From contig JBMORA010000014.1 in NCBI GenBank assembly GCA_049320885.1, positions 64,001 through 128,000 of the forward strand: a stretch of DNA of 64,000 bases, given 5' to 3'. Each line of letters opens with the position of its first letter. Position 1 is the stretch's first letter. The notes beneath the pieces were generated by a model. That model did no database searches, had not been told where the DNA came from, and saw nothing but the letters and a program-made list of their open reading frames with translations. Made by a program: the position numbers and the translations under genes. This DNA comes from Thermodesulfobacteriota bacterium. Lineage in GTDB: Bacteria; Desulfobacterota; Desulfobacteria; Desulfobacterales; SURF-7. This document shows positions 37,476 to 48,096 of this stretch, piece by piece.

Positions 37476-39182
37476 ATGATGGACTGTAAACAGGTGCCCG
37501 ACCGCCAGGACCCCATTCTCGTCGTGGCGCATTTTTTTCTGGAGATATACCGGCAGCAACTGAAAGCCTCCCGCAACAATCCCGCCGAGTGTCATTTTTT
37601 AGAGGAAGCAGCCGACCGTGATGGCAGCAGCATATTTGAACTGCGAATTCTCCAGGGAAATGCGTGGAAATCCAGAAGGATGATGATTGCTCGGCTGGGA
37701 GATGGAAGCGGCAGCAAAAGCCGTTGCTATTATGTTATTTACGACGATCATCTGGTCGTAAAAATCCCCCCTGCCCCCATTGTCGATTTTTCAGTTTACA
37801 CCAACAGTATCCTTGCAGAACAAAAAATTGCCGCCGGCCTCAAACCGCGGGTTTGCATCACTCCTGGCGTTTCCGTGATCCTGAAGCGGGTTTGCCCGTC
37901 CTGCGGTTTCGGTGTGGACACAGCGCACGAAGAAATAGAAGCGCGCTATTTCAAGTGGTTGAATGACAACCCTCCATTTCAGGAATACCTTAAAATCCAG
38001 GGTGGTTTTGTTTTTTTTATGGATCTGTCCAAATATTTCATCCTGGCGGATGTGCTGAAGGCCATGCATGCAGGCCGCGATGCGGAGCTGACCGGCGAAA
38101 TGATCAACAATGGGGAGTTGTTGTGGAAACCCAACGAATTCGGAGGCCGCTATGGGAGGGGCGCGGTGGATGTGGCGGAAGAACTCCAGCAGTTGTATCG
38201 GGAATTTGAAACAGGCCTGGAGAACATATTCCATCGGGAAAACATTTCCATCGCCGCCAACCAGTACAGATTTCATGATTGGTTTGTTCACGAGCTGGCC
38301 GGAAAAAAAGCCAGAAAAGAGCAGGCCGTTTACCCCGCCTCGACCCGCGAGGAAATGGAGCAGCTTTTCCACGCCATCGTGAAAAAAAATGTTTCGGCGG
38401 TGGAACGATATTATCAAACCATCCGATCGTTTCTGCAGCGAAAAACATTTCTCCAAAATAAAGGAAAAATGTCTGGAATCATATATAATATTTTGGACTT
38501 GCTGGCGTTTTTGAACCGCAGGGGAATCGCCTTGAGGGATTTTAAACCCGATAATATTTTGGTGGCGGGCGACCCGGGAAAATATCCCCATTTTCTTTCG
38601 GATACCCAGGCGTTTTCCCTGGGGTTGATCGATATGGAAACTGCCATCGTGATGGAAGCCGATTCTGTGGAGGGTTTCGGACAACCCATGCTGGGGGGAA
38701 CACCCCTGTACGCCACTCCCTCCCAACTGGTTTCCAATGAAATCTTGGCGCAATCGCTGGGAGATATCCGCCAGATCTTTTTTCTTCAGGATTGGCATGC
38801 CGCCATGGCGATGATGTACCATGTTGTTACTGATGAGTATTTGTTTAAGGATACGGCGAAAATCCTGCCGGTGATCATCCAGACCATTCAAGAGGCGTCG
38901 CGTGCGAATGATTGTTCAGTCGACGTATTTATAACTGTCAGTCGATCTTATTGGCAGAATGCGTATTCCGAGTTTGCATATAATACCAACAGGCGGGAGC
39001 ATATCCTGAAAGCAGTATCCATCCCTGTCGTCGGATCCGTAAAGGAGTTTTTCAAGGAGGTTTTTCAGAAAGAGATCGCATGGCTGAGCGCTTTCGATAT
39101 TTTGAATCTCTTTTTTACGCGCATTTTTCAGTCGATGTATCCGGAAACGTGGCGTACGGATGGCCCTATCCGGGAGGGCTGA
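37476..39182 (+). CDS. Atypical Ser/Thr protein-kinase-like protein
   Basis: LGDGSGS loop, VVK, LRDFKPDN, LIDME, GTPLYATP. Confidence 0.7.
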   Translation: MMDCKQVPDRQDPILVVAHFFLEIYRQQLKASRNNPAECHFLEEAADRDGSSIFELRILQGNAWKSRRMMIARLGDGSGSKSRCYYVIYDDHLVVKIPPAPIVDFSVYTNSILAEQKIAAGLKPRVCITPGVSVILKRVCPSCGFGVDTAHEEIEARYFKWLNDNPPFQEYLKIQGGFVFFMDLSKYFILADVLKAMHAGRDAELTGEMINNGELLWKPNEFGGRYGRGAVDVAEELQQLYREFETGLENIFHRENISIAANQYRFHDWFVHELAGKKARKEQAVYPASTREEMEQLFHAIVKKNVSAVERYYQTIRSFLQRKTFLQNKGKMSGIIYNILDLLAFLNRRGIALRDFKPDNILVAGDPGKYPHFLSDTQAFSLGLIDMETAIVMEADSVEGFGQPMLGGTPLYATPSQLVSNEILAQSLGDIRQIFFLQDWHAAMAMMYHVVTDEYLFKDTAKILPVIIQTIQEASRANDCSVDVFITVSRSYWQNAYSEFAYNTNRREHILKAVSIPVVGSVKEFFKEVFQKEIAWLSAFDILNLFFTRIFQSMYPETWRTDGPIREG

Positions 39183-39391
39183 GGCTTTGGAACCACGCGC
39201 ATGTCGGTGCTGGAAAAAACCAGTGATGCCTCATCGGCAGCCCCGGCCAGCAACATTTGTCTTTTTTCTTGACAAAACCCGGGGTTTCCTTCACGATATC
39301 GCAGCATCACAAAATTATCATATCTGTGTCGACCCCGTATCTGTATCGCATCTTGATTGTTTCCAATCCACAATTGTCGTTGTTAAACAAT

Positions 39392-40951
39392 ATGAGCCGA
39401 GCCTCCATTCATCATCGTTCAACGGATCATGAGAATGACCGGTTAATAACTCACCACTTACCGGTTATTCTGGAGAGTATGTCCGAGGGAATCATCGGCA
39501 TCGCGTCCGGCCGGATTGTGTTCTCCAGTTCCTTCGCCGCCGCTCTATTGGGAAAGTCTCCTGCGGACTTATGTGGTCTGATGCTTCCGGATTTTTTTGA
39601 ACCAAGATTTCGAACTCAATTGGCCGCTTTCATCAACGATCCTGATTCGGGTCCGGCTGAATTGGGCCAGGATGAGCCGATTGAACTGCATGAAAGACAA
39701 ATTACGTTAAAGCGTGTTCTGATAAAAGATGAAACGGACACCATGCTGCTGTTCATCGGTGACGTCACCAAACAGAAACAGATGGAGCGGCAATTGCGCC
39801 AATCCCAAAAAATGGAGGCCATCGGCACGTTGGCGGGAGGCATTGCGCATGATTTCAACAATATTCTCGCCGCCATCATGGGATATGCCGAAATCGTGAA
39901 ATTCGACATCAAGGCTTCGAATCCGGCCCACCAGAAAATCGATCAGATTCTGATCGCCAGCAAACGGGCCCGGGATTTGATCCATCAAATCCTGGCATTC
40001 AGCCGGCAGAGCGAATTGCATCGCAAGCCGATCCAGATGCATCTGATCGTGAAGGAGGCCTTGAAATTGCTGCGCGCATCCCTTCCTTCCAGCATCGAAA
40101 TTCGACAAAAAATCCGAACCGGAGCCAGTCATGTCATGGCGGATGCGACCCAAATTCATCAACTCCTGATGAATCTGTGTACCAATGCCCATCATGCCAT
40201 GCGGGAGCGGGGTGGTGTTCTGGATATTGCGCTTGAGCCAGTTGATTCCAAAGACATGAATGCCGATATCGGCGGAGAATTTCAACAGGAAGCCTTCCTG
40301 AAGCTGACCGTGGCGGATACCGGCGTCGGGATGGCGCCGGATGTCATGGAACGAATCTTTGAGCCGTATTTTACGACCAAGCGGAAAGGAGAAGGCACCG
40401 GCATGGGCCTTGCCGTTGTGCACGGTATTGTCAAAAGCCACGGCGGCACCATCACGGTCAGAAGTACTCCAGGGCAAGGTACGATTTTTTCGGTATATTT
40501 TCCCATGGTGGTCATTGACGAAAAGTTATCCGAAAATCCATGCGAATCGCTGCCGCGGGGGAACGAAAGAATTCTGTTGGTCGACGATGAAGAGGTCCTG
40601 GTGAGTCTGGGGAGGCAAATGCTGGCGCTGCTGGGATATCAAGTGGAAACCCGCACCAGTTCCATTGAGGCTCTTGAGGCCTTCCGATCCCATCCGCATG
40701 AGTTCGATTTATTGATAACGGATATGACCATGCCGAACATGACCGGAGAGCGACTCGCGCAAAAGGTCATGATGATCCGCCCGGATATGCCGGTATTGCT
40801 GTGCACCGGTTTCAGTGAGAGCATTTCACCGGAAAAAGCGCTTTCCGTCGGCATCAAGGACTTGCTGATGAAGCCCATCGCCCTTTTCGACCTCGCCCGG
40901 ACCGTACGGCAAGTGCTGGATCAAGCTAAAAACCAAGATAGGCCTTCTTGA
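39392..40951 (+). CDS. PAS hybrid histidine kinase (HisKA-HATPase-REC)
   Basis: [40 protein letters not shown]-17-CACGAT at 39269 favours this start over TTG 39257. Confidence 0.92.
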   Translation: MSRASIHHRSTDHENDRLITHHLPVILESMSEGIIGIASGRIVFSSSFAAALLGKSPADLCGLMLPDFFEPRFRTQLAAFINDPDSGPAELGQDEPIELHERQITLKRVLIKDETDTMLLFIGDVTKQKQMERQLRQSQKMEAIGTLAGGIAHDFNNILAAIMGYAEIVKFDIKASNPAHQKIDQILIASKRARDLIHQILAFSRQSELHRKPIQMHLIVKEALKLLRASLPSSIEIRQKIRTGASHVMADATQIHQLLMNLCTNAHHAMRERGGVLDIALEPVDSKDMNADIGGEFQQEAFLKLTVADTGVGMAPDVMERIFEPYFTTKRKGEGTGMGLAVVHGIVKSHGGTITVRSTPGQGTIFSVYFPMVVIDEKLSENPCESLPRGNERILLVDDEEVLVSLGRQMLALLGYQVETRTSSIEALEAFRSHPHEFDLLITDMTMPNMTGERLAQKVMMIRPDMPVLLCTGFSESISPEKALSVGIKDLLMKPIALFDLARTVRQVLDQAKNQDRPS

Positions 40952-41633
40952 CCGCTTCATTGGCCAGGAGATTGGCCGCGGTATCCGCTAAAATGATGCG
41001 ACCGTTTTCCAGCACATAACCGCGATGCGCCACCCGCAAAGCAAGATTGGCATTTTGCTCCACCAGAAAAATGGTGGTTTGGCTTTCCGTATTGATTTTC
41101 CGGATGATGTTGAAAATTTGTTTGATCACCAGGGGCGCCAGCCCCAGAGAAGGTTCGTCCAGCAGCAACAATTTGGGGCGCGCCATCAGCGCCCGGCAGA
41201 TGGCCAGCATCTGCTGCTCCCCTCCGCTCAGGGTTCCGCCGGCCTGATTCCGTCTTTCCGCGAGAATGGGAAACAAACAATAAAGATACTCGATGTCTTT
41301 TTTAATCGCCTGTCTGTCCTTACGCAGGAAAGCGCCCATGTCAAGATTTTCCGATACGGAAAGATAGGGAAAAATCCTGCGTCCTTCCGGGACCTGTGAA
41401 ATGCCCAGGGTGACGATTTCATTGGGGCTCAACGCTCCTATGGACCGACCCATGAACAGGATATCGCCGGCCCGGGCCGGCACGATACCGCAGATCGTCA
41501 TCAAGGTCGTCGACTTGCCGGCGCCGTTGGCGCCGATCAGGGTGATAATTTCACCGGCTTCAACATCGATGGAGATGCCCTTCAATGCCTGGATATTGCC
41601 GTAATATGCCTGAACGTTTCTCAGTTTAAGCAT
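40926..41633 (-). CDS. livF: Branched-chain amino acid ABC transporter ATPase
   Basis: GANGAGKST, VPEGRRIF, LSGGEQQML, LDEPSLGLAP. Confidence 0.92.
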   Translation of the reverse strand: MLKLRNVQAYYGNIQALKGISIDVEAGEIITLIGANGAGKSTTLMTICGIVPARAGDILFMGRSIGALSPNEIVTLGISQVPEGRRIFPYLSVSENLDMGAFLRKDRQAIKKDIEYLYCLFPILAERRNQAGGTLSGGEQQMLAICRALMARPKLLLLDEPSLGLAPLVIKQIFNIIRKINTESQTTIFLVEQNANLALRVAHRGYVLENGRIILADTAANLLANEAVKKAYLGF

Positions 41634-42417
41634 CGAAGTCTTCCCCGAGATAGGCTTTGATCACCACCGGATTCGATTTGATTTCCGCAGGTGTTCCCTG
41701 GGCGATTTTTTTCCCGTAGTCCATGACGAAAATCCGGTCGGAGATTTTCATGACCAGCTTCATGTCATGCTCGATCAAGAGAATGGACAGTTTTTCCGTA
41801 TTCCGAATTCGAACGATCAGTTCATCCAGCTCCCTGGTCTCCTGGGGGTTCATTCCGGCCGCCGGTTCATCCAGCAGCAGGAGAAAGGGCTCCGTCGCCA
41901 TGGCCCGGGCAATTTCCAGCCGGCGCTGGGCTCCATACGGAAGGTTGGCCGCCAGTTCGTTGACAAACCTGCTCAGGCCCATTTTTTCCAGGATGATATA
42001 GCTTTCCGCCACCACCCGCTTTTCTTCCATCCGGGTGGCCCGACCCCGGAAAACGGCGCCGGCAATGCCGGCGGACATCCGGCAGTGGCGGCCGATCATG
42101 ACGTTCTCCAGCACGGTCATGTTCTGGAACAGGCGGATGTTCTGGAAGGTTCGCGCCAGCCCCTGTTCCGTAATTTTGTTGGGCTTTAATCCATTGATGC
42201 GCTGCGTGTTTTTTTGAGGTGGTGTGATCAGTATATCCCCTTCGGTGGGAGAATAAATTCCGGTAATGCAATTGAAAAAGGTGGTTTTGCCTGCTCCGTT
42301 GGGACCGATAAGGGCGACGATTTCACCTTGCCGGATATCCAGATCCAGGCGGGAAAGGGCCTGAAGCCCTCCGAAAGACATGCTCAACTGGTTAACAGCC
42401 AGTACCGGCGAGGTCAT
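41626..42417 (-). CDS. livG: Branched-chain amino acid ABC transporter ATPase
   Basis: GPNGAGKTT, ARTFQNIRLF, LPYGAQRRLEIARA, LDEPAAG. Confidence 0.92.
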   Translation of the reverse strand: MTSPVLAVNQLSMSFGGLQALSRLDLDIRQGEIVALIGPNGAGKTTFFNCITGIYSPTEGDILITPPQKNTQRINGLKPNKITEQGLARTFQNIRLFQNMTVLENVMIGRHCRMSAGIAGAVFRGRATRMEEKRVVAESYIILEKMGLSRFVNELAANLPYGAQRRLEIARAMATEPFLLLLDEPAAGMNPQETRELDELIVRIRNTEKLSILLIEHDMKLVMKISDRIFVMDYGKKIAQGTPAEIKSNPVVIKAYLGEDFDA

Positions 42418-43616
42418 GATTCCGTTTCCTGTTTGAACCGATAGGCCCGCCTTACGCCCGGAATCAGCCCGCCGGGTCTGAAGATCATCATCATAACGAG
42501 CATCACGCCGAAAACCAGCATGCGGAATTCCGAAAAGGCCCTCAGGTATTCCGGCAGCAGAATGAGGACAAGCGCGCCGCAGATCACGCCGATGATGGAG
42601 CCCATGCCGCCCAGAACAACAATACAGAGAATGATGATGGATTCCCAGATGGTGAAGCTGACCGGATTGATGAAAGTGGTTTTCGCCGCGAAGACGACTC
42701 CTCCCATCCCAGCCCAGGTGGCGCCCAAAGCAAAAGCGGTGAGCTTGGTTTTGGTTTTATCGATTCCCATGGCCTGACAGGCGATTTCATCTTCCCGAAG
42801 CGCGATCCAGGCCCGGCCGATTCGCGAGTTCTGCAGCCGGCCGACGACAAAAATCGTTCCCAGCACCAGAAAGATCATGAGGAAGTACATATATCTGGTA
42901 TGGGTTTCAAGGGACATCTCTAGACCGAGCAGCGCCGGTCGTGGAATATTGTTGATGCCGCTGGGGCCGAATGAAAATTCATTCCAATTTTCGAGGATCA
43001 GCCGGATAATTTCCCCGAATCCCAGGGTGACGATGGCGAGATAATCGCCCCGCAGCCGCAGGACCGGATAACCCAGGAGGATGCCGAAAATGGCGCCCAA
43101 AGCAGCGCCGATGGGGAGCGCCGACCAGAAGCCGATCCCGAAGTGATGGTTCAACAGCGCGTAGGCGTAGGCGCCCACGGCATAAAATGCCACATACCCC
43201 AAATCCAATAAACCGGCCAGACCCACGACGATATTCAGCCCCAGGCCCAGCATGACGTAAATGAGGGCGGATATCATGATATTGGTCTGATACAGGGAAA
43301 AGAGAAAGGGAAACAGGATAATAAAGACCCCGATCCCGGCTACTGCCGGCAGATACAGACGGCGGTCATCGCCGATTTTTTGGATCACCGCGGCGATTGT
43401 CGATGAACCCGGGCCGGCTTTTTCTTTCTTTTTAAAGAGATGCCGCCAAAAAAAGGAAAGGACGAAGCTGCCGGTCCCCACCAGGAGCATGTTTTTCCAG
43501 CGCCATTCAATGAGGTTGTGCACGGTGTTCACGCGGATCACCATGATGGGAAAGGTCAAGAAAATGAACCAGATGGAAATCAGGAGGGATTTTTTTATCT
43601 CCGCAAGAGACAGCAT
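42414..43616 (-). CDS. livM: Branched-chain amino acid ABC transporter permease
   Basis: GLNIVVGLAGLLDLGYVAF, LRLRGDYLAIVTLGFGEI. Confidence 0.92.
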   Translation of the reverse strand: MLSLAEIKKSLLISIWFIFLTFPIMVIRVNTVHNLIEWRWKNMLLVGTGSFVLSFFWRHLFKKKEKAGPGSSTIAAVIQKIGDDRRLYLPAVAGIGVFIILFPFLFSLYQTNIMISALIYVMLGLGLNIVVGLAGLLDLGYVAFYAVGAYAYALLNHHFGIGFWSALPIGAALGAIFGILLGYPVLRLRGDYLAIVTLGFGEIIRLILENWNEFSFGPSGINNIPRPALLGLEMSLETHTRYMYFLMIFLVLGTIFVVGRLQNSRIGRAWIALREDEIACQAMGIDKTKTKLTAFALGATWAGMGGVVFAAKTTFINPVSFTIWESIIILCIVVLGGMGSIIGVICGALVLILLPEYLRAFSEFRMLVFGVMLVMMMIFRPGGLIPGVRRAYRFKQETES

Positions 43617-43628
43617 GCGCGCCGGATC

Positions 43629-44537
43629 CTAGACTTTTTGGGTTTCGGACCGTCCCAATATACCGGCCGGCCGGAAAATCAGAATGAACACCAGAAACAG
43701 AAAGGCGAAAACATCTTCATAATCGCTGGAAATATAGCCGGTGAAAAAACTTTCCGTCCATCCCAATACCAGACTGCCCAGCACGGCTCCGGGAATGCTG
43801 CCGATGCCGCCCAGCACGGCCGCCACAAAGGCTTTGATCCCGGCGATGAAGCCGATATAGAAATTGATCTGTCCGATCTGGGAGGCGATCAGCACCCCAC
43901 CGATGGCGGCGATGGCCGACCCCACCAGAAAGGTTACCGAAATGACATGGTTGACATCGATTCCCACCAGGGAAGACATGATTTTGTCCTGGGCCGTGGC
44001 CCGCATGGCTTTGCCGATTTTCGTCATCTTGATCAATATCGTCAGCAGGACCATCACGACGACGGTGGTCAGGATGATGGATACTTCCTGAAAACTGATC
44101 AGGTGGGCATACGGCTCCCAGAACAAGGCGTCCGGAATCAGGTTGGGGAAAGGCAGAAAATCGGATGTCTGGGCCAGCAGGACATAATTTTGCAGAAACA
44201 GGGACATGCCGATGGCGCTGATCAGGGCGGACAGTCGCGGTGCTTTGCGCAGCGGTTTGTACGCGATTTTTTCAACGGTGAACCCGTAGGCGCAGGCATA
44301 CACCACGGCAATGACCAGTGACAGGATCAGGATGACCAGGTGATTCATGCCCAGGAGACCCAGCACGCTGGCAACGATCAGGCCCGTGAAGGCGCCGATC
44401 ATGTAAATTTCGCCATGGGCGAAGTTGATGAGCTCGATGATGCCGTACACCATGGTGTACCCCAGGGCGATCAGGGCATATTTACTGCCGCGGGTGAGAC
44501 CTCCCAGAAACAGCTCGAAAAAAAATCCAAAATCCAC
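43629..44537 (-). CDS. livH: Branched-chain amino acid ABC transporter permease
   Basis: YALIALGYTMVYGIIELINFAHGE, AAVLGGIGS. Confidence 0.92.
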   Translation of the reverse strand: MDFGFFFELFLGGLTRGSKYALIALGYTMVYGIIELINFAHGEIYMIGAFTGLIVASVLGLLGMNHLVILILSLVIAVVYACAYGFTVEKIAYKPLRKAPRLSALISAIGMSLFLQNYVLLAQTSDFLPFPNLIPDALFWEPYAHLISFQEVSIILTTVVVMVLLTILIKMTKIGKAMRATAQDKIMSSLVGIDVNHVISVTFLVGSAIAAIGGVLIASQIGQINFYIGFIAGIKAFVAAVLGGIGSIPGAVLGSLVLGWTESFFTGYISSDYEDVFAFLFLVFILIFRPAGILGRSETQKV

Positions 44538-44592
44538 AGTTTATTTTCCTGGAAAAAACGGCTTTACAAGGGTGTGGATACCGGAAGCACCA

Positions 44593-44627
44593 TCAGGGGC
44601 AGGCCCTGCTGGCAGGCCCGCCCCTGA
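44593..44627. other. GC-rich intergenic hairpin between the SBP and permease genes
   Basis: TCAGGGGC...GCCCCTGA imperfect inverted repeat; position typical of an mRNA stabiliser or attenuator. Confidence 0.55.
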
Positions 44628-44645
44628 TTCCATAAACGCCGGATG

Positions 44646-45779
44646 CTATTTCAGCTCGACAAAACGGCCATTTTTGACCTGATAAACGGAAAAGCCCGCC
44701 CCAATTGCATCTCCGCGCTGGTCAAAACTGATTTTTCCGATGGGGGTTTCGACCCATTCGGATTTCAACGCCTTTGACAGGGCCTGATAATCTGTCGATC
44801 CTGCCTTTTCAATGGCGTTCAGCAGGGCGAGGGTTGCGGAATAGGCATTTTCAAAGAAGGCACCTTTATCTTCACCGAATTTGTCCCGGTGGGCTTTGAC
44901 AGCTGCGATATTCAATGGATTCTGGGAGGTGTCTTTGGGACCGGAGGCATAGACTCCCTCGGCATATTCTTTGGCGACTTTGATGAACGTATCATCTTTG
45001 ACCCCGTCGTCGGATATGAAAATTGTATCCATTCTCTTTTTTCGCATTTGACTCACGATTTTTGAGGCTTCGGGGTGATACCCGCCGAAAATGACCGCTT
45101 CGGCATTTGCTCGTTTTACTTTCTGGATTACAGCTGAATAATCCACCGCTCCCGGAGTGATCCCTTCATACAAAACGACTTCCGCCTTGCCGGATTCCTC
45201 AATGAATTTTTTGGCAAATTCGGCAAATCCTTTGCCGTAGTCTCCTTTGTCGTGGATGACGGCGATTTTTTTCAGCTTGAGCACGGTTAGGGCAAAATCC
45301 ACATCCAATTTTGCCTGGGCGTCGTCGGAGGCGATGGTTCGATAAAAATTGGGATAATCTCCGCTCTGGGTCAAATCAGGATTTGTTGCCGAAGGAGATA
45401 TGACGACGATGTTGGCGTCTTTGTAAATACCGAGCGCGGCCTTGGTGGCGCCGCTGCAGATATGACCGAGAACGACATCGACTTTTTGGGAGACCAGCTT
45501 GGTGGCGGTGTTGGTGGCCACTTCCGGTTTGCAGACATCGTCTTCCGTCAGGATTTCCACTTTTTTCCCTAAAACGCCCCCTTTGGCGTTGACGTCGTCC
45601 ACGACCAATTGGGCGGCCCGGATGGAGGGGATGCCATAGGATGCCAGATCACCGCTGTGGGCGCCGGCCACTCCCAGCTTAATCGTATCACCGGCCAAGG
45701 CCATGCCGGCCGTCAGGCCCAGAAACAAGACACCGCAAAGCAGCGAAACAGCACTCTTCACCAAACATTTTTTCCTCAT
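44646..45779 (-). CDS. livK: Branched-chain amino acid ABC transporter substrate-binding protein
   Basis: Signal peptide, DDVCKP, GHICSGAT, SPSATNPDLT, FGGYHPE. Confidence 0.9.
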   Translation of the reverse strand: MRKKCLVKSAVSLLCGVLFLGLTAGMALAGDTIKLGVAGAHSGDLASYGIPSIRAAQLVVDDVNAKGGVLGKKVEILTEDDVCKPEVATNTATKLVSQKVDVVLGHICSGATKAALGIYKDANIVVISPSATNPDLTQSGDYPNFYRTIASDDAQAKLDVDFALTVLKLKKIAVIHDKGDYGKGFAEFAKKFIEESGKAEVVLYEGITPGAVDYSAVIQKVKRANAEAVIFGGYHPEASKIVSQMRKKRMDTIFISDDGVKDDTFIKVAKEYAEGVYASGPKDTSQNPLNIAAVKAHRDKFGEDKGAFFENAYSATLALLNAIEKAGSTDYQALSKALKSEWVETPIGKISFDQRGDAIGAGFSVYQVKNGRFVELK

Positions 45780-45845
45780 TGCCGCCTCCTCGCGCAATAA
45801 AATTGTTTAGGGATAACAGGAATCTTTCTCGGTTTGATTGGGTCC

Positions 45846-45874
45846 ACTATAATGATATGGCCGGTGTGAGTCAA
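45846..45874 (-). promoter_or_regulatory. Sigma-70-type promoter for the liv operon
   Basis: Minus strand TTGACT-17bp-TATAGT. Confidence 0.6.
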
Positions 45875-46018
45875 GCTGAAAACAAGCCTTTCCCGAGGCC
45901 CTGAAAATATCCTTGCCGTTTGAGCAAATCCTTATTACCATTGTCGATCAATCCGGTTGGTCCCGATGAATCCCGATCATCTGGAAGGCGCATGAACAAA
46001 TCAGGAGGGATGGTATCC

Positions 46019-46873
46019 ATGAAACGTGTTGGGTTGGTCATCAAACCGGATCAAAAAGCCAGCCGCAAGGCCGAAGAACTGGAACAGCGATTGGCGGAAA
46101 GCGGAGTCGCGGTGGTGCGCATGGAATATGCCCAACCGACCCAGATGTCGAACCCGGCCTTTGCGGAACCGGCGCCTGCGGATCTGATATGTGTTTTCGT
46201 TCTGGGCGGCGATGGCACCTTTTTAAGCGCCGCGCGTTGGATCGGTGATCAGGAACTGCCGATGATCGGAGTCAAATTCGGGGATGTCGGCTTTCTGGCG
46301 GACACGGCGGAAGACAGTCTGCTGTCCGTTGCCGAAAGAATTCTGAACGGCGCTTTCCAGACGGAAAGGCGCATGCGCCTGTTGGCCCGGGTGATCCGGG
46401 ATGGCGAAGAAATCGACCGGGAGACGGTTCTGAACGACATCGTCATCAACAAGGGCGCCCTGGCCAGGCTGGCGCACATCGATGCCTATGTCGACGACCA
46501 CGAGCTGACTTCCTTCAAAAGCGACGGGTTGATCGTGGCGACCCCCACCGGGTCCACCGCCTATTCCCTGGCGGCGGGAGGGCCGATTATCCACCCGGCC
46601 CTTTCCGCCATCCTGCTGACGCCCATCTGCCCCTTCACCTTGACCAACCGTCCGCTCATCATTCCGGATACAGCTGAAATCAAACTGCGTCTGGCAAAAA
46701 AATCAACCGATATCATGCTGACCTTCGACGGCCAGAAAGGGCTGCGGATCGATCACCGGGATACGATCGTTGTGACCAAAAGTCCCCATCCCATCCACAT
46801 GATCACCGTGCCCAACCAGACCTATTTTGACGTCCTCAAGACCAAACTGCGCTGGAGCGGCAGCCGGATTTGA
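46019..46873 (+). CDS. nadK: NAD kinase
   Basis: [35 protein letters not shown]. Confidence 0.95.
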   Translation: MKRVGLVIKPDQKASRKAEELEQRLAESGVAVVRMEYAQPTQMSNPAFAEPAPADLICVFVLGGDGTFLSAARWIGDQELPMIGVKFGDVGFLADTAEDSLLSVAERILNGAFQTERRMRLLARVIRDGEEIDRETVLNDIVINKGALARLAHIDAYVDDHELTSFKSDGLIVATPTGSTAYSLAAGGPIIHPALSAILLTPICPFTLTNRPLIIPDTAEIKLRLAKKSTDIMLTFDGQKGLRIDHRDTIVVTKSPHPIHMITVPNQTYFDVLKTKLRWSGSRI

Positions 46874-46926
46874 CATGCGGCGCCAGTTACACCACCCGGA
46901 GGCCTTCCTTTTTCGCTTCGTATACT

Positions 46927-48096
46927 TCATGGGATTTCGCAGGCGATGACACGCCTGAAAAACTCCCGGCGGCAGTCGTTTTCGATTTCAAGAAGGCGCT
47001 TGAAAGGCTGGTTGAAATCCATCCGACCGATGGTGAACAGGCCGTGACCGTGGACAATGGCACCGTTTTCTTCGCTGATGACCTTGGGCACCGTATGGCA
47101 GAGGCCGTGGGGTCCGGTTCCGACCTCGCCGCTAACCACGGGGGTTCCACAGACGAATCGATGATGCGGGCATTTCAGGTGGCAGGTTTCCCTGCCGTTA
47201 CAGTCCCTATGCTCGCAGTCCATGGAAAGGATGACGGCAAACGGCGGGTGACCATGGAGGATGGTCCGGCACCCGGTTTTCTCGATGATGCCCATGTGGG
47301 CCGATAGTTCACTGGAGGCGGTGAGACCGGTGCAGGATGAACCGTCCAGGGGGCAGGGATCGATGCAGCCGTCAAGGTTGTCCAGGGAACTGCCGGTCTG
47401 GCTGATATACAGGGTTCCATCCAGTCGGCAGGAAATATTCCCGAAATACGAGTCCACCAAGCGATGGGTTACCACCTGTTTTCCGGCTTCCGACATGGCT
47501 GCCAGGACTTCCGTTTCAGACCCGAAAGGGCCTTTTTTCAAGGAAGGGGCCTCGGTTGCGGGAGGGTAAAGGGTCGCCACCGCTTTTTCAAAGGCGGCTT
47601 TCTGCCGCGGGCTTATGTTTCCATCGCGGCGATTGTTGAGAAAATCGCAAAAAAATTTGACAAAGCAGGCAAAGCAGATGGAAGAAAAGGTGATATAGGC
47701 CTGCTCCAGGCTGACGCTGCCGGTGGTGATGATGCCGTAACCGGGGATGACAACCCCCTTGCGCTTTTTGAGAAAGGCTTGCAGTGTCCGGATCTCCGGT
47801 GTTTCCGCGATGGGCAGATCGTGCAGGAATGTTCTGGTCTCGCAATCCCGGGGTGTAATGGCGGTTTCACCGGACTCCGCCAGGTAATCGATGATGGTGC
47901 GGTAGGGTTCGGCGGGCGGGGAGAACAAGAGCGAGTTGATATGGAGGATGGTAAACAGCTCTTCCAATCCATGCGGTTCTGAATTCCGGCGATTCCATTC
48001 CAGCCGGGCGTCCAGGAATCCGAACAGGGGGGCGCCGCTTTCCACCAGGCCGCTTTCCACCATTTTTTTCTCGAAAAAATCAAACATCGGGTTCAT
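46927..48096 (-). CDS. Class II aldolase/adducin-family protein with an N-terminal extension
   Basis: GNIS, SSELSAH, HGH and HG metal-ligand motifs; start overlaps the AOR stop (48096 or 48087). Confidence 0.8.
   Translation of the reverse strand: MNPMFDFFEKKMVESGLVESGAPLFGFLDARLEWNRRNSEPHGLEELFTILHINSLLFSPPAEPYRTIIDYLAESGETAITPRDCETRTFLHDLPIAETPEIRTLQAFLKKRKGVVIPGYGIITTGSVSLEQAYITFSSICFACFVKFFCDFLNNRRDGNISPRQKAAFEKAVATLYPPATEAPSLKKGPFGSETEVLAAMSEAGKQVVTHRLVDSYFGNISCRLDGTLYISQTGSSLDNLDGCIDPCPLDGSSCTGLTASSELSAHMGIIEKTGCRTILHGHPPFAVILSMDCEHRDCNGRETCHLKCPHHRFVCGTPVVSGEVGTGPHGLCHTVPKVISEENGAIVHGHGLFTIGRMDFNQPFKRLLEIENDCRREFFRRVIACEIP

Noticed and set aside
39257..39391. TTG-initiated N-terminal extension of the hybrid kinase
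   Set aside because: It overlaps a plausible promoter; ATG 39392 is more likely
33191..46873. recN and NAD kinase, often neighbours, here 11 kb apart and on opposite strands
   Set aside because: No breakpoint repeats or mobile-element remnants support a specific rearrangement
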